From sequence record OR538032.1: DNA of 64,000 bases, one strand, 5' to 3'. Of this stretch, positions 37,501 to 45,439 are shown piece by piece (within the stretch, counting starts at the first letter, position 1; each line of letters opens with the position of its first letter). Position numbers and translations under genes: made by a program. The notes under the pieces are model-generated. The model saw only the letters and a program-made list of their open reading frames with translations. It had not been told where the DNA came from and made no database searches.

Positions 37501-37920
37501 ATGTTAAAGAAAATATGGCAAACATTATTTCCAGACCCTGAATGGAAAGTAGCAGCATACACAGCTCAGAAGTCGTTCGATGTATCTAGCTCTTGGTGTC
37601 ACAAGGGGGTTATTAAGTGTCGTGCAGTTATTCTAGTAGACAAGCATGACCGCCGACAAGTTAGAGTCGTATTCGATGAGTACGATTATGGTCGAGAAAT
37701 ATCAGCGTACAATGAGAACTTAATTCGAAAAATCTTATCGAGTAATAGTCTGGCATTGATTCGAGGCTCGATGAGTACTAGAAAGTTGAATAGCTATGAT
37801 GGATTTGATCTGTGCGAACACCACGAAGCATTCTACGATTGGGAAACATTCAAGAATAACTTCATTTATGGTGAAGTTGATTTATGCGGGAACTTAATTG
37901 AGAAAAGCGAAGCGGAATAG
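37501..37920 (+). CDS. Hypothetical protein
   Basis: RBS GAGG. Confidence 0.7.
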   Translation: MLKKIWQTLFPDPEWKVAAYTAQKSFDVSSSWCHKGVIKCRAVILVDKHDRRQVRVVFDEYDYGREISAYNENLIRKILSSNSLALIRGSMSTRKLNSYDGFDLCEHHEAFYDWETFKNNFIYGEVDLCGNLIEKSEAE

Positions 37921-37925
37921 CCAAC

Positions 37926-37948
37926 TGAGGCGGAAAAATTCCGTCTCA
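37926..37948 (+). terminator. Hairpin, possible terminator or processing stem
   Basis: TGAGGCGGAA-AAA-TTCCGTCTCA (one G-T pair), no long T tract. Confidence 0.4.
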
Positions 37949-37950
37949 TC

Positions 37951-38001
37951 TTAGTAGAATTAGTAGTTTTAGTGAAGTTAGTAATATTAGGAGTATTAGA
38001 A
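37951..38001 (+). repeat. Six TTAG-headed units with exact 9-bp period
   Basis: TTAG at 37951, 37960, 37969, 37978, 37987, 37996. Confidence 0.85.
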
Positions 38002-38696
38002 TGAAGAAGCTCGTACTTGTAGCTGCCGCTGCTGTAGCTCTTGTTGGATGTGGTGATTTGCCACGTCTGGAAACTAAGACAGACAAGAAATTCACCACGG
38101 TTAATGCAGTTGTGAACAAAAAAGAGCGTGAAATGATTAACTACTGGATGGCAGATGCTGACGGTAGTAACTATCTTTACAACAAGCTTTGGACTGCTCT
38201 TGCTACTCGTAACAAATACGGTTCTAATGCTGTGCGTCGTTCAGATGATGAAGTCCCGTTCTGTGATGTCATTGTAGCCCTTGCTAAATCTGAAGAAGGT
38301 ATTCGAAGCACGTACGAGCGCACATTTAACAATCAGTGGCGAACTCAATACGGCATTAGTCTTAATCAGCAATGTGGCTATACTCCACCAGAAACACTCG
38401 AAGAGCAAGCAGAGCGCATTGAGCAACTTGAAATGCAAGCTGATTTGAAAAAGCGTGAGCAACAAGCACAGAGTATTGAAACGCTTGATGACGTTGCCGA
38501 CGCGACGACTGAGTTACTTGATCCGCATGAGTACGACTATCTGATCGAATCGGCACGCGAGTGTAATCGAGCCAAAACCAAATTGCTTGAACTAACGCAA
38601 GCAGGCAAACCTCTGACACAAGCTGACGGCTCAGATGCACGTAAGCTAATTATCGAATGCAAAATGCATAAACTTGAAGTTGAATTGAATAAGTGA
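38001..38696 (+). CDS. Lipoprotein, paralogue of 50544-51263
   Basis: Lipobox ALVG-C; EVPFCDVI, NQW..QYGI, CNRAK, KLEVELNK. Confidence 0.8.
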   Translation: MKKLVLVAAAAVALVGCGDLPRLETKTDKKFTTVNAVVNKKEREMINYWMADADGSNYLYNKLWTALATRNKYGSNAVRRSDDEVPFCDVIVALAKSEEGIRSTYERTFNNQWRTQYGISLNQQCGYTPPETLEEQAERIEQLEMQADLKKREQQAQSIETLDDVADATTELLDPHEYDYLIESARECNRAKTKLLELTQAGKPLTQADGSDARKLIIECKMHKLEVELNK

Positions 38697-38703
38697 GAAA
38701 AGC

Positions 38704-39486
38704 ATGTTGAGAACAAATATTGCGATTGAAGAACTGAAAATCCGAATGCATCCGTTCGATCAAGTTGCGAACGCAAACAACGACGATAGCTCAGTTCGCG
38801 ACTGGCGGCAAATCCCTGACGTTGCTAATGACAATATCCTGAAGAACTCGGTTCTGCCGTCGTGGGTAATTCGAGAGTTTCACTGGCGTGATATTTCATT
38901 CAATCAACCATCAATGGGTGATCTGCTCGTTGAGTACAAAACAGAAGCAGGTGAAATTGGTAAGTGCCAATCGCATTATCTCGGTGAACTTGATGATTGC
39001 AAGTTCTGGCGCCCTGACATTGTATCTTTGAATGCTCAGTTCATTGATTCAAAAGACGTTGATAAAGCCCTTGCCGAATTGCAAGCCGTTGATGTGTTTG
39101 ACGCCTCACAAGGATTCGCTGACGGTCGACCTGACCCGGTTAGTCACAATGAACACGGTATCACCGATGATGAGCTTGAAGCTGCAATCGTCGAAGCTGA
39201 AATGGCAGCGGCTGTGGATGCTTTAAAAGTTGAGTCGCAATCGTTGTTCGATCCAGATCATGTTTATTACATGAATGAAAAGTATTATATTATCGGTGAC
39301 GACCCGTTTGACGAAAATTACTGCTATGCGTTGAATGCTGCAAAATACCCACAGCGTATTGCAAAATCTCAAATCGTAACCGATGAGCAATACAAAGAAG
39401 CCGAAGTGTTGAAGAGTCAGTTCCCGCAGATGTGGACTGCTCAAGATTACGCAAAGCTTGCTAAGTTCATTCGCAGCAAAAAGTAG
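38704..39486 (+). CDS. Hypothetical acidic protein
   Basis: 260-aa ORF; no motif recognised. Confidence 0.7.
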   Translation: MLRTNIAIEELKIRMHPFDQVANANNDDSSVRDWRQIPDVANDNILKNSVLPSWVIREFHWRDISFNQPSMGDLLVEYKTEAGEIGKCQSHYLGELDDCKFWRPDIVSLNAQFIDSKDVDKALAELQAVDVFDASQGFADGRPDPVSHNEHGITDDELEAAIVEAEMAAAVDALKVESQSLFDPDHVYYMNEKYYIIGDDPFDENYCYALNAAKYPQRIAKSQIVTDEQYKEAEVLKSQFPQMWTAQDYAKLAKFIRSKK

Positions 39487-39491
39487 TTCCG

Positions 39492-39522
39492 ATGCGGGTT
39501 GTTACGACATCCCGCATAAATA
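39492..39522 (+). promoter_or_regulatory. Hairpin overlapping a T4 late-promoter-like CATAAATA
   Basis: ATGCGGG...CCCGCAT stem; CATAAATA at 39515-39522 (T4 late consensus TATAAATA). Confidence 0.45.
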
Positions 39523-39554
39523 GTTCTATATGGACTAACAAGGAAATTACGACA

Positions 39555-40085
39555 ATGCCAACTCCTACAACAGGTGCGATTTCAATCGGTACCGTTCGTG
39601 ATTATTTCAGTAGAACCGGCGCTGCTTCATTGTCTCAGTACTACAGAGGCGGCGGTATTGTTCCTGATATTACTGAAAACGCTCACGTACCAACTTCAGG
39701 CGCGATTAGCTTGAATGATTTGCGCGGTGTATATCGCTTGTCAACGTATACGACATCGTTTACGACAACATACAACACCACGGTTTCGACATCGAATACG
39801 ACTTCGCGTAGTACGTCAAGAAGTACAACTAGAAGTACTGCATACAATACAACTCGCTCGACTGCGTATACTACTACTTGGACAACTAGTCGAACTACGT
39901 CGGTGACTAAAGGTTCGTATTCGACATCATACACGACTTCTCGTGCTACATCACGTTCAACAGCATATAGCACGACACGTTCAACAGCTTATACGTCTAC
40001 GTGGACAACATCATGGACAACTACGTACAACACAACAATATCAACATCAAACACAACTTCACGAAGCACGCAAGTTGCAGTTTAA
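39555..40085 (+). CDS. Ser/Thr-rich repeat protein, probable fibre/needle or modification substrate
   Basis: RBS AAGGAA; start MPTPTT; two GAIS-type motifs; 28 tetrapeptide units around a TKGS turn. Confidence 0.8.
   Translation: MPTPTTGAISIGTVRDYFSRTGAASLSQYYRGGGIVPDITENAHVPTSGAISLNDLRGVYRLSTYTTSFTTTYNTTVSTSNTTSRSTSRSTTRSTAYNTTRSTAYTTTWTTSRTTSVTKGSYSTSYTTSRATSRSTAYSTTRSTAYTSTWTTSWTTTYNTTISTSNTTSRSTQVAV
39747..40082 (+). repeat. Coding tetrapeptide repeat (large residue + three mostly S/T), 14+14 units
   Basis: Y/F/W/R/V/I/N every fourth residue; arms share TTTYNTT[VI]STSNTTSRST and RSTAY.TTRSTAYT.TWTTS blocks. Confidence 0.9.
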
Positions 40086-40097
40086 CAAGGTTAAATT

Positions 40098-40316
40098 ATG
40101 AGCTACAATGAAGAACACGAGAACCGAATCAACGAGCTTGAGAACAAGGTTTCAAAGCTTGAGTCGATAATTGAAAATCTGGTTGAGTCAATGACTTCGA
40201 ACAGCGAAGCTATTATCGAACATATTGCATCACTTGAGACCGAGAGAGATTCGATTCTTGCATCATATGATGACAAACTTAATGAGATCGTGACCAAATA
40301 TGAACCCAAGCAATAG
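40098..40316 (+). CDS. Small coiled-coil protein
   Basis: Heptads INELENKVSKLESIIENL. Confidence 0.7.
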   Translation: MSYNEEHENRINELENKVSKLESIIENLVESMTSNSEAIIEHIASLETERDSILASYDDKLNEIVTKYEPKQ

Positions 40317-41154
40317 AGAAATGACTGGGTTCAATAACATTTCTCGCACCGGTAAGTTGAAATTACAAGCCGATGCAGACAACGTCCGTGCCATGTGTAT
40401 GGACGTTGTTCGTTTATTGAACTCCAAAAATATACCATCTAACTTCGACATCAATCACAATGACGGTGGTAACATCGGCGTGCATGAATGGGTGTCACAA
40501 ATCCGCTTCATTCACTTGAAATACATGAACGTTAATTTTCAAACGAAGATTTTCAAGCATGCCTATCACAACACTGAAAACGTCGTTGACTATTTTGACA
40601 CGTTCAAACATTCTGACAAATATCATCTTTCAGCGAAGCCTCGATTCTTAGAATATGAAAACGTCGTATTTCTATGCGGATCGAATGTACTTGAATTGGC
40701 AATTGACTTTGACAAGATTGATGCGTTGGTCGAACAATATCCTGATTTGGTGATTAAACCTCACCCGATTACGACGTTGTATTACATCAATATGCTTAAA
40801 TCTCGATATGGTTCAAAGCGAATTCTATCTCAGAAGATCAGTGGTGTTGATGTGCTTAAAGCTTCTAAACGTGTTTGGCTGCCTTCAACGTCTGAGTTCT
40901 GGTTCAGTGCTTTGAACTACGACAAAGAAATCGGGTTTATATCTAAAGATGGTTTCTGTGGAACATACACGTCAATCATCAACGCAGTGTGGGAATTGCA
41001 TGAAGAAACTGGTGATTCGCTGAAAGATATTGTGAATAAAATTATCTCGTCACCTTACTCAGGTCTTTATGGTAATATGACAGACTTTGAAGCGCATCAC
41101 GAGAAATACTGCAATGTGATTCTAGAACTCGGGGGCAATTTCGATAATGTATGA
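40300..41154 (+). CDS. GT-B fold glycosyltransferase-like (KpsS/sialyltransferase-type motifs)
   Basis: LVIKPHP followed by VLKASKRVWLPSTSEFWFSALNYDKEI. Confidence 0.6.
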   Translation: MNPSNREMTGFNNISRTGKLKLQADADNVRAMCMDVVRLLNSKNIPSNFDINHNDGGNIGVHEWVSQIRFIHLKYMNVNFQTKIFKHAYHNTENVVDYFDTFKHSDKYHLSAKPRFLEYENVVFLCGSNVLELAIDFDKIDALVEQYPDLVIKPHPITTLYYINMLKSRYGSKRILSQKISGVDVLKASKRVWLPSTSEFWFSALNYDKEIGFISKDGFCGTYTSIINAVWELHEETGDSLKDIVNKIISSPYSGLYGNMTDFEAHHEKYCNVILELGGNFDNV

Positions 41155-41779
41155 TTATGTAATTCACACGTCGATCAGTGACAAAAGTCAGTTAAACCAA
41201 CTTGCAATGTTTGTCGGGTCTTTCATCGAGACACACAAGAAAGGTCGCGTTGTCTGCGTGACTGATCTTGAACTTGATTTCACGATGCCTCGGCTGTCAT
41301 TTGAGAAAAAACTACCCGAAGAGTACGTTTTCATTTCAGTTGACAATCTATTTTTGCAAAAAACATACGGCGTGGTTAGCTACATTGATAGCGGCACTTG
41401 GCGATGTACTTGGCAAAAGAATGACCATGATGAGTTCGTTATTAAAAAGCATGGCGAAAGAAGCGGGTTGATTAACCCTGATATTGCGATTGCAAATTAC
41501 AATGTTTCGAGACATGGTGACCTCGACATGTATTACAACGCGCTTCGTTACATTGAGAACGCCATCACGATCAACTGCAAAGACTTTGCTCCTGCTGCTG
41601 AGAATAAAATCAACAGCTTTTACACGCTTGTATTTCCATGGGAGATTTATTTTCACGTTATGATCACTTACCAAGAGTATATTGATTCTGAATACGTTGA
41701 GCGAGTTCGCGCTAACTGTCATAAGTTCGCACACTCGGTTTATTACAGAAAATCAGGGTTGTTGCGTGATGGGTTATGA
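41147..41779 (+). CDS. Possible degenerate GT-A (GT8-like) glycosyltransferase
   Basis: AMFVGSFIETH...VVCVTD and YVFISVDNLF (imperfect DxD). Confidence 0.35.
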   Translation: MYDYVIHTSISDKSQLNQLAMFVGSFIETHKKGRVVCVTDLELDFTMPRLSFEKKLPEEYVFISVDNLFLQKTYGVVSYIDSGTWRCTWQKNDHDEFVIKKHGERSGLINPDIAIANYNVSRHGDLDMYYNALRYIENAITINCKDFAPAAENKINSFYTLVFPWEIYFHVMITYQEYIDSEYVERVRANCHKFAHSVYYRKSGLLRDGL

Positions 41780-42452
41780 TGAGATAATTCTAGTATCTGG
41801 GCTTGATAGTTTAGTTCTATACGAATTTCTTGAACGAAAGCCACACCCTGTTTACTTTAAATGGGGTTTTGCTATCGACGAACTTGAAATGGCTGCTTTG
41901 CCTGAAGAAACAACTATCATAGAAATGCCAGAGATTTTGCATTTGAAACATGATCCGTATGAGTTCAAGACGCCACGAAATCCCGATTTAATTGGTCGGA
42001 ATACGTTGATGTTTAACTCAGTTTTCCATGCATTTAGACCAAACGTAATTTATCGCGGGATGTTGAAAGGTGATGATTTCTATTACGACGCATCGCCTAC
42101 GCATTCGGATGAAATCGCAGCTATGTGGTCGAAAATGCTGAATAAAGATTGTCGAATTGAACAACCGTTCAAAGACAAAACGAAACGTGACATAATGCAA
42201 ATGGCGGTTGAATACGGGATTGACGCGAATTCATTGCAGCATTGTTACAATCGAGAACATAACTGTGGTCGATGTAGCAAGTGTGTAGATGCACATGTTA
42301 ATTCTATGTATACCGACAATCCAGACATCATGTGGCTGAAACGAATAGTTAATGACTCGGGTATGGCAGCATTGGCTAATCACATGTTTGGTGTTGATAC
42401 CGTTGACAGAATCAAGGAATTTCTAGATGAATTTGATCGAACAGACCGCTGA
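41769..42452 (+). CDS. QueC-like PP-loop ATPase
   Basis: VSGLDS, GRNTLMF, YYDAS, EQPF...TKRDI, CYNREHNCGRCSKC; start moved to ATG 41769. Confidence 0.75.
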   Translation: MGYDEIILVSGLDSLVLYEFLERKPHPVYFKWGFAIDELEMAALPEETTIIEMPEILHLKHDPYEFKTPRNPDLIGRNTLMFNSVFHAFRPNVIYRGMLKGDDFYYDASPTHSDEIAAMWSKMLNKDCRIEQPFKDKTKRDIMQMAVEYGIDANSLQHCYNREHNCGRCSKCVDAHVNSMYTDNPDIMWLKRIVNDSGMAALANHMFGVDTVDRIKEFLDEFDRTDR

Positions 42453-43320
42453 TAAATTCGAGCATAGTTACCGAGAAGACGTTCAAGGCGTACAGTGGTA
42501 TTTCGGTAGTCGAACGCATGATTTTTATCTGTATGGAATAGACTCTCTTATTGATAAAGTCAAAGACTACGATTTTATTGAAATCAAGCATGTTCAAGAG
42601 GGTACGCTGGTTAAACGAGGCGAAGCTGCGGTCACGATTACGATTACAGATCATAGTCGTATCGCATATGGGAACATGATTGAAACATTGTTGTACAATG
42701 AGTTGTGGTATTCGAGCACGGTCGGTACGATTTTACACCGTTGCCTTGATGTGTTGCATGAAAACGGCTATGACGCTCGGTCAGCATACCCTCAAATCGG
42801 ACGAGCGAGTTCAACGCCAGAACAATCAGCTAAAGCAAGGGATATGTTCGCTCGTATATTTTATCAATCATCGAATGAGAAAATACCCGTTGCGATGCAC
42901 AGTGATATTCTAATCAACGGTGAGGAATATTGCATGGAGCATTATAACGGCATCATGATTGATACTTTCGATAAGCAAGCTTGCATTGACTTGATCAACA
43001 AGAAAGACTTTCGAGGGACTGTGATGGTTGACTCTCAGCCAATAATTGAAACAATTGAGAAAGTTCTAGCTGAAACAAAATGCTTTGTTGCACAAGCTGA
43101 AAGTGTTACACTCGATGAGTGGATAGAGATAGTGCGACATTTTAAAGGTAATAATCGAATTTTCTACGGGATTGGTAGCTTTGCATTTAGCAATATATCA
43201 CGAGACACATTTGGGTTGATTTACAAAGTGTGTGCAGTTAAGAGAAACGACAATTGGATCGGTGTTTCAAAGATGACGACAGGTAAACAAACATCGGCTG
43301 GTTATAAGGTTATAGGTTAG
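42427..43320 (+). CDS. Compact divergent NAMPT/NadV-like phosphoribosyltransferase
   Basis: Colinear motifs with NadV at 46486: EGTLV, IETLL...LWYSSTVGT, MHS, IDTFD, YGIG...SRDT, SKM. Confidence 0.75.
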   Translation: MNLIEQTADKFEHSYREDVQGVQWYFGSRTHDFYLYGIDSLIDKVKDYDFIEIKHVQEGTLVKRGEAAVTITITDHSRIAYGNMIETLLYNELWYSSTVGTILHRCLDVLHENGYDARSAYPQIGRASSTPEQSAKARDMFARIFYQSSNEKIPVAMHSDILINGEEYCMEHYNGIMIDTFDKQACIDLINKKDFRGTVMVDSQPIIETIEKVLAETKCFVAQAESVTLDEWIEIVRHFKGNNRIFYGIGSFAFSNISRDTFGLIYKVCAVKRNDNWIGVSKMTTGKQTSAGYKVIG

Positions 43321-43322
43321 TT

Positions 43323-44312
43323 ATGAATTATTGTATATCGCCATTTACATCGCCGTCTATTACACCAGACGGTTTTAAAATTTGCACCATGCCGGGTCAG
43401 AAAGTATACCCTGATATTTCATTCTGGAATAGTGATGAAGTGATCAAGATTCGCGAACAGATTATCGCTGGTGAAATACCTGAATCGTGTAAGACATGTC
43501 GTAGTATGCGTGACGGGTTGATTGTGTCAAAAGAAAAACCAACTGATACTCATGTTGACTTGAATTTCAAAGCTCTTTACATTGCGCGGTCGAACAAGTG
43601 TGAATATGCTTGTGAAATGTGCAGTTCATCAATCTCACATAGCTATGACAAGAAATACAATGACGGTAAGTTGGGGATTATCGAGAATGACTTTGATGTT
43701 ATTCCGTACCTGCACGAAACACAAGCCGTTGCTATTTCGGGCGGGAACCCTGTCATTGACAAAAAGGTTGCAGAGATTCTTGAGAATCTAGACCCTGACG
43801 TGGTAAAACATTTCATCATTACCTCAAATGGTACAGTCTTTCCAGACAGATTCTTGAATGCAATTAAGCGATTGAAATGCAACGCGACTATGATATTCTC
43901 TATGGACGGACCGAAAGAGTTTAATGAAGTGGTTCGATCTGGTGCGAAGCAAGAGAGAATCTATCGCACCATTAATCGAGTTCTTGACGAGATTGAAGAT
44001 TACCCAAACTTGCATGTGGCAATTGAATACACTTTCACGAATAAGTCAATTCATCACTACGTTGATTTGTATGATGAAATGCTCTTCGAGATCAACCCGA
44101 AGCATTTGAAAAACAACAAAGTTAATGTGATTGCGAATATGTGTACATACCCGCATCACCTTAGCGTTACAACTGTTCCCAAATCCGTCATTGATGACAT
44201 ATTGTTCAATCAGTTGCCATATTTGAGAAAGCAACCCAGCCCATTGTCAAATCAATTCAAACTTGGTTATGATAAGTTTTTGACTCAGTATCACAACAGC
44301 GTGATTATGTGA
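43323..44312 (+). CDS. Radical SAM protein with N-terminal twitch domain
   Basis: YCISPF..C..CKTC N-terminus; CEYACEMC; SGGNP; TSNGT; SMDG. Confidence 0.85.
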   Translation: MNYCISPFTSPSITPDGFKICTMPGQKVYPDISFWNSDEVIKIREQIIAGEIPESCKTCRSMRDGLIVSKEKPTDTHVDLNFKALYIARSNKCEYACEMCSSSISHSYDKKYNDGKLGIIENDFDVIPYLHETQAVAISGGNPVIDKKVAEILENLDPDVVKHFIITSNGTVFPDRFLNAIKRLKCNATMIFSMDGPKEFNEVVRSGAKQERIYRTINRVLDEIEDYPNLHVAIEYTFTNKSIHHYVDLYDEMLFEINPKHLKNNKVNVIANMCTYPHHLSVTTVPKSVIDDILFNQLPYLRKQPSPLSNQFKLGYDKFLTQYHNSVIM

Positions 44313-45429
44313 TCAGATCATACGCTTTGATGTGTGAGTAAAACTCTGGACACGCAGACGATAAATTAGTTTTCGTCTTCGTGTCTATTCTCTTGTTAAG
44401 CACAAAGAATTCAGGGTTGAATTTACAAACACTGTGTTTCAGAGTAAGACATTCAGCAACGTGCTTGAATGGTCTAGACAAATCCTCACGCCCATCTTTT
44501 AAATACGCTTCTTCTTTCACTTTGAATCTTGATAATAGCTGGTCTCGAAATGCAACTGGAATGTTGTAAATTGAGTATGGATTATCAGGCTCACCAACGA
44601 CATGTACAGACAGACGTACACGTTCACCATCATAAAGCGAATCAAAATCTGAAACCAGTGTTTCAAGATGTTCAAGAGTCACGTTTGACACGGTCGCAGT
44701 GATAACTACATCAAAGTGTTCCTTGATGATTTCAATGTTTGATTTGACTTTCTTGATGTCTGCAAACAATCGAATATAATCTTGGTATTCTCGTAGACCG
44801 TCGATTGATACGAACACCGTTGATGCATTAGCTTCTTTAAGCGATTTGATGAGATCTGAGCCATCGGCTAACACTAGTGATGAACCATTCGTGAAAATAT
44901 TCACCGTGCCTTTAATGTCGCCTACGCTGCGAAGAACTTCAGGAGCATTTGACGAGCGGGTAATTTCACCACCTAGAATTGTCAATGATGAAAGCCCTTT
45001 GCTGATTGTGTTGATTGTCGTACTCAAATCATTGAATCGAGTACTTGAATCTTCTTCATTAAACAATCTAGCTTTCAAGTCTGATAATTTGCTATAGCAG
45101 TAACGACAAGCGTGGTTACATTCATTACTAGGGAATACTTGTAGCCAGCGAACTGAATCGGCAGGCATGATTGGTGAAACTTCAGAATCGTGTTCGGTTA
45201 GGCGCTGTGGATCATTATCAGTGATGCACATTTGACATGCCTTTGATAGCTTGCTCATGTCGTGGTTTAGCATTGCTTCACGATAAGCGACAAGCTTTTC
45301 ATCATTCCAAGCGTCTGCTAGTGTTTTTTCATCAGTAAACCATTCATAATCAGCCGAACAGCAAAACGTAATTTGATTGTTTGCTCGTGTGATGAACTGC
45401 TTGAACGGCATATAACATAGTGGTTTCAT
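44305..45429 (-). CDS. Radical SAM protein with N-terminal twitch domain
   Basis: LCYMPF..FCC..CQMC; CNHACRYC; LGGE; FTNGS; SIDG. Confidence 0.85.
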   Translation of the reverse strand: MKPLCYMPFKQFITRANNQITFCCSADYEWFTDEKTLADAWNDEKLVAYREAMLNHDMSKLSKACQMCITDNDPQRLTEHDSEVSPIMPADSVRWLQVFPSNECNHACRYCYSKLSDLKARLFNEEDSSTRFNDLSTTINTISKGLSSLTILGGEITRSSNAPEVLRSVGDIKGTVNIFTNGSSLVLADGSDLIKSLKEANASTVFVSIDGLREYQDYIRLFADIKKVKSNIEIIKEHFDVVITATVSNVTLEHLETLVSDFDSLYDGERVRLSVHVVGEPDNPYSIYNIPVAFRDQLLSRFKVKEEAYLKDGREDLSRPFKHVAECLTLKHSVCKFNPEFFVLNKRIDTKTKTNLSSACPEFYSHIKAYDLIT

Positions 45430-45439
45430 GCTTCTGTCC

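Noticed and set aside
39683-39973. Val/Arg-rich minus-strand ORF
   Set aside because: It is the antisense shadow of the Thr/Ser codons, with no RBS or independent features.
39747-40082. Ice-nucleation or antifreeze protein
   Set aside because: Thr-rich, but it lacks the AGYGSTxT octapeptide and Gly/Ala spacing of InaZ. The 4-residue period and mirror symmetry fit a hairpin better. Not fully excluded without assay.
39555-40085. Diversity-generating retroelement target
   Set aside because: No reverse transcriptase and no separate template repeat in the window; the two arms differ mostly at synonymous positions rather than adenine-specific ones.
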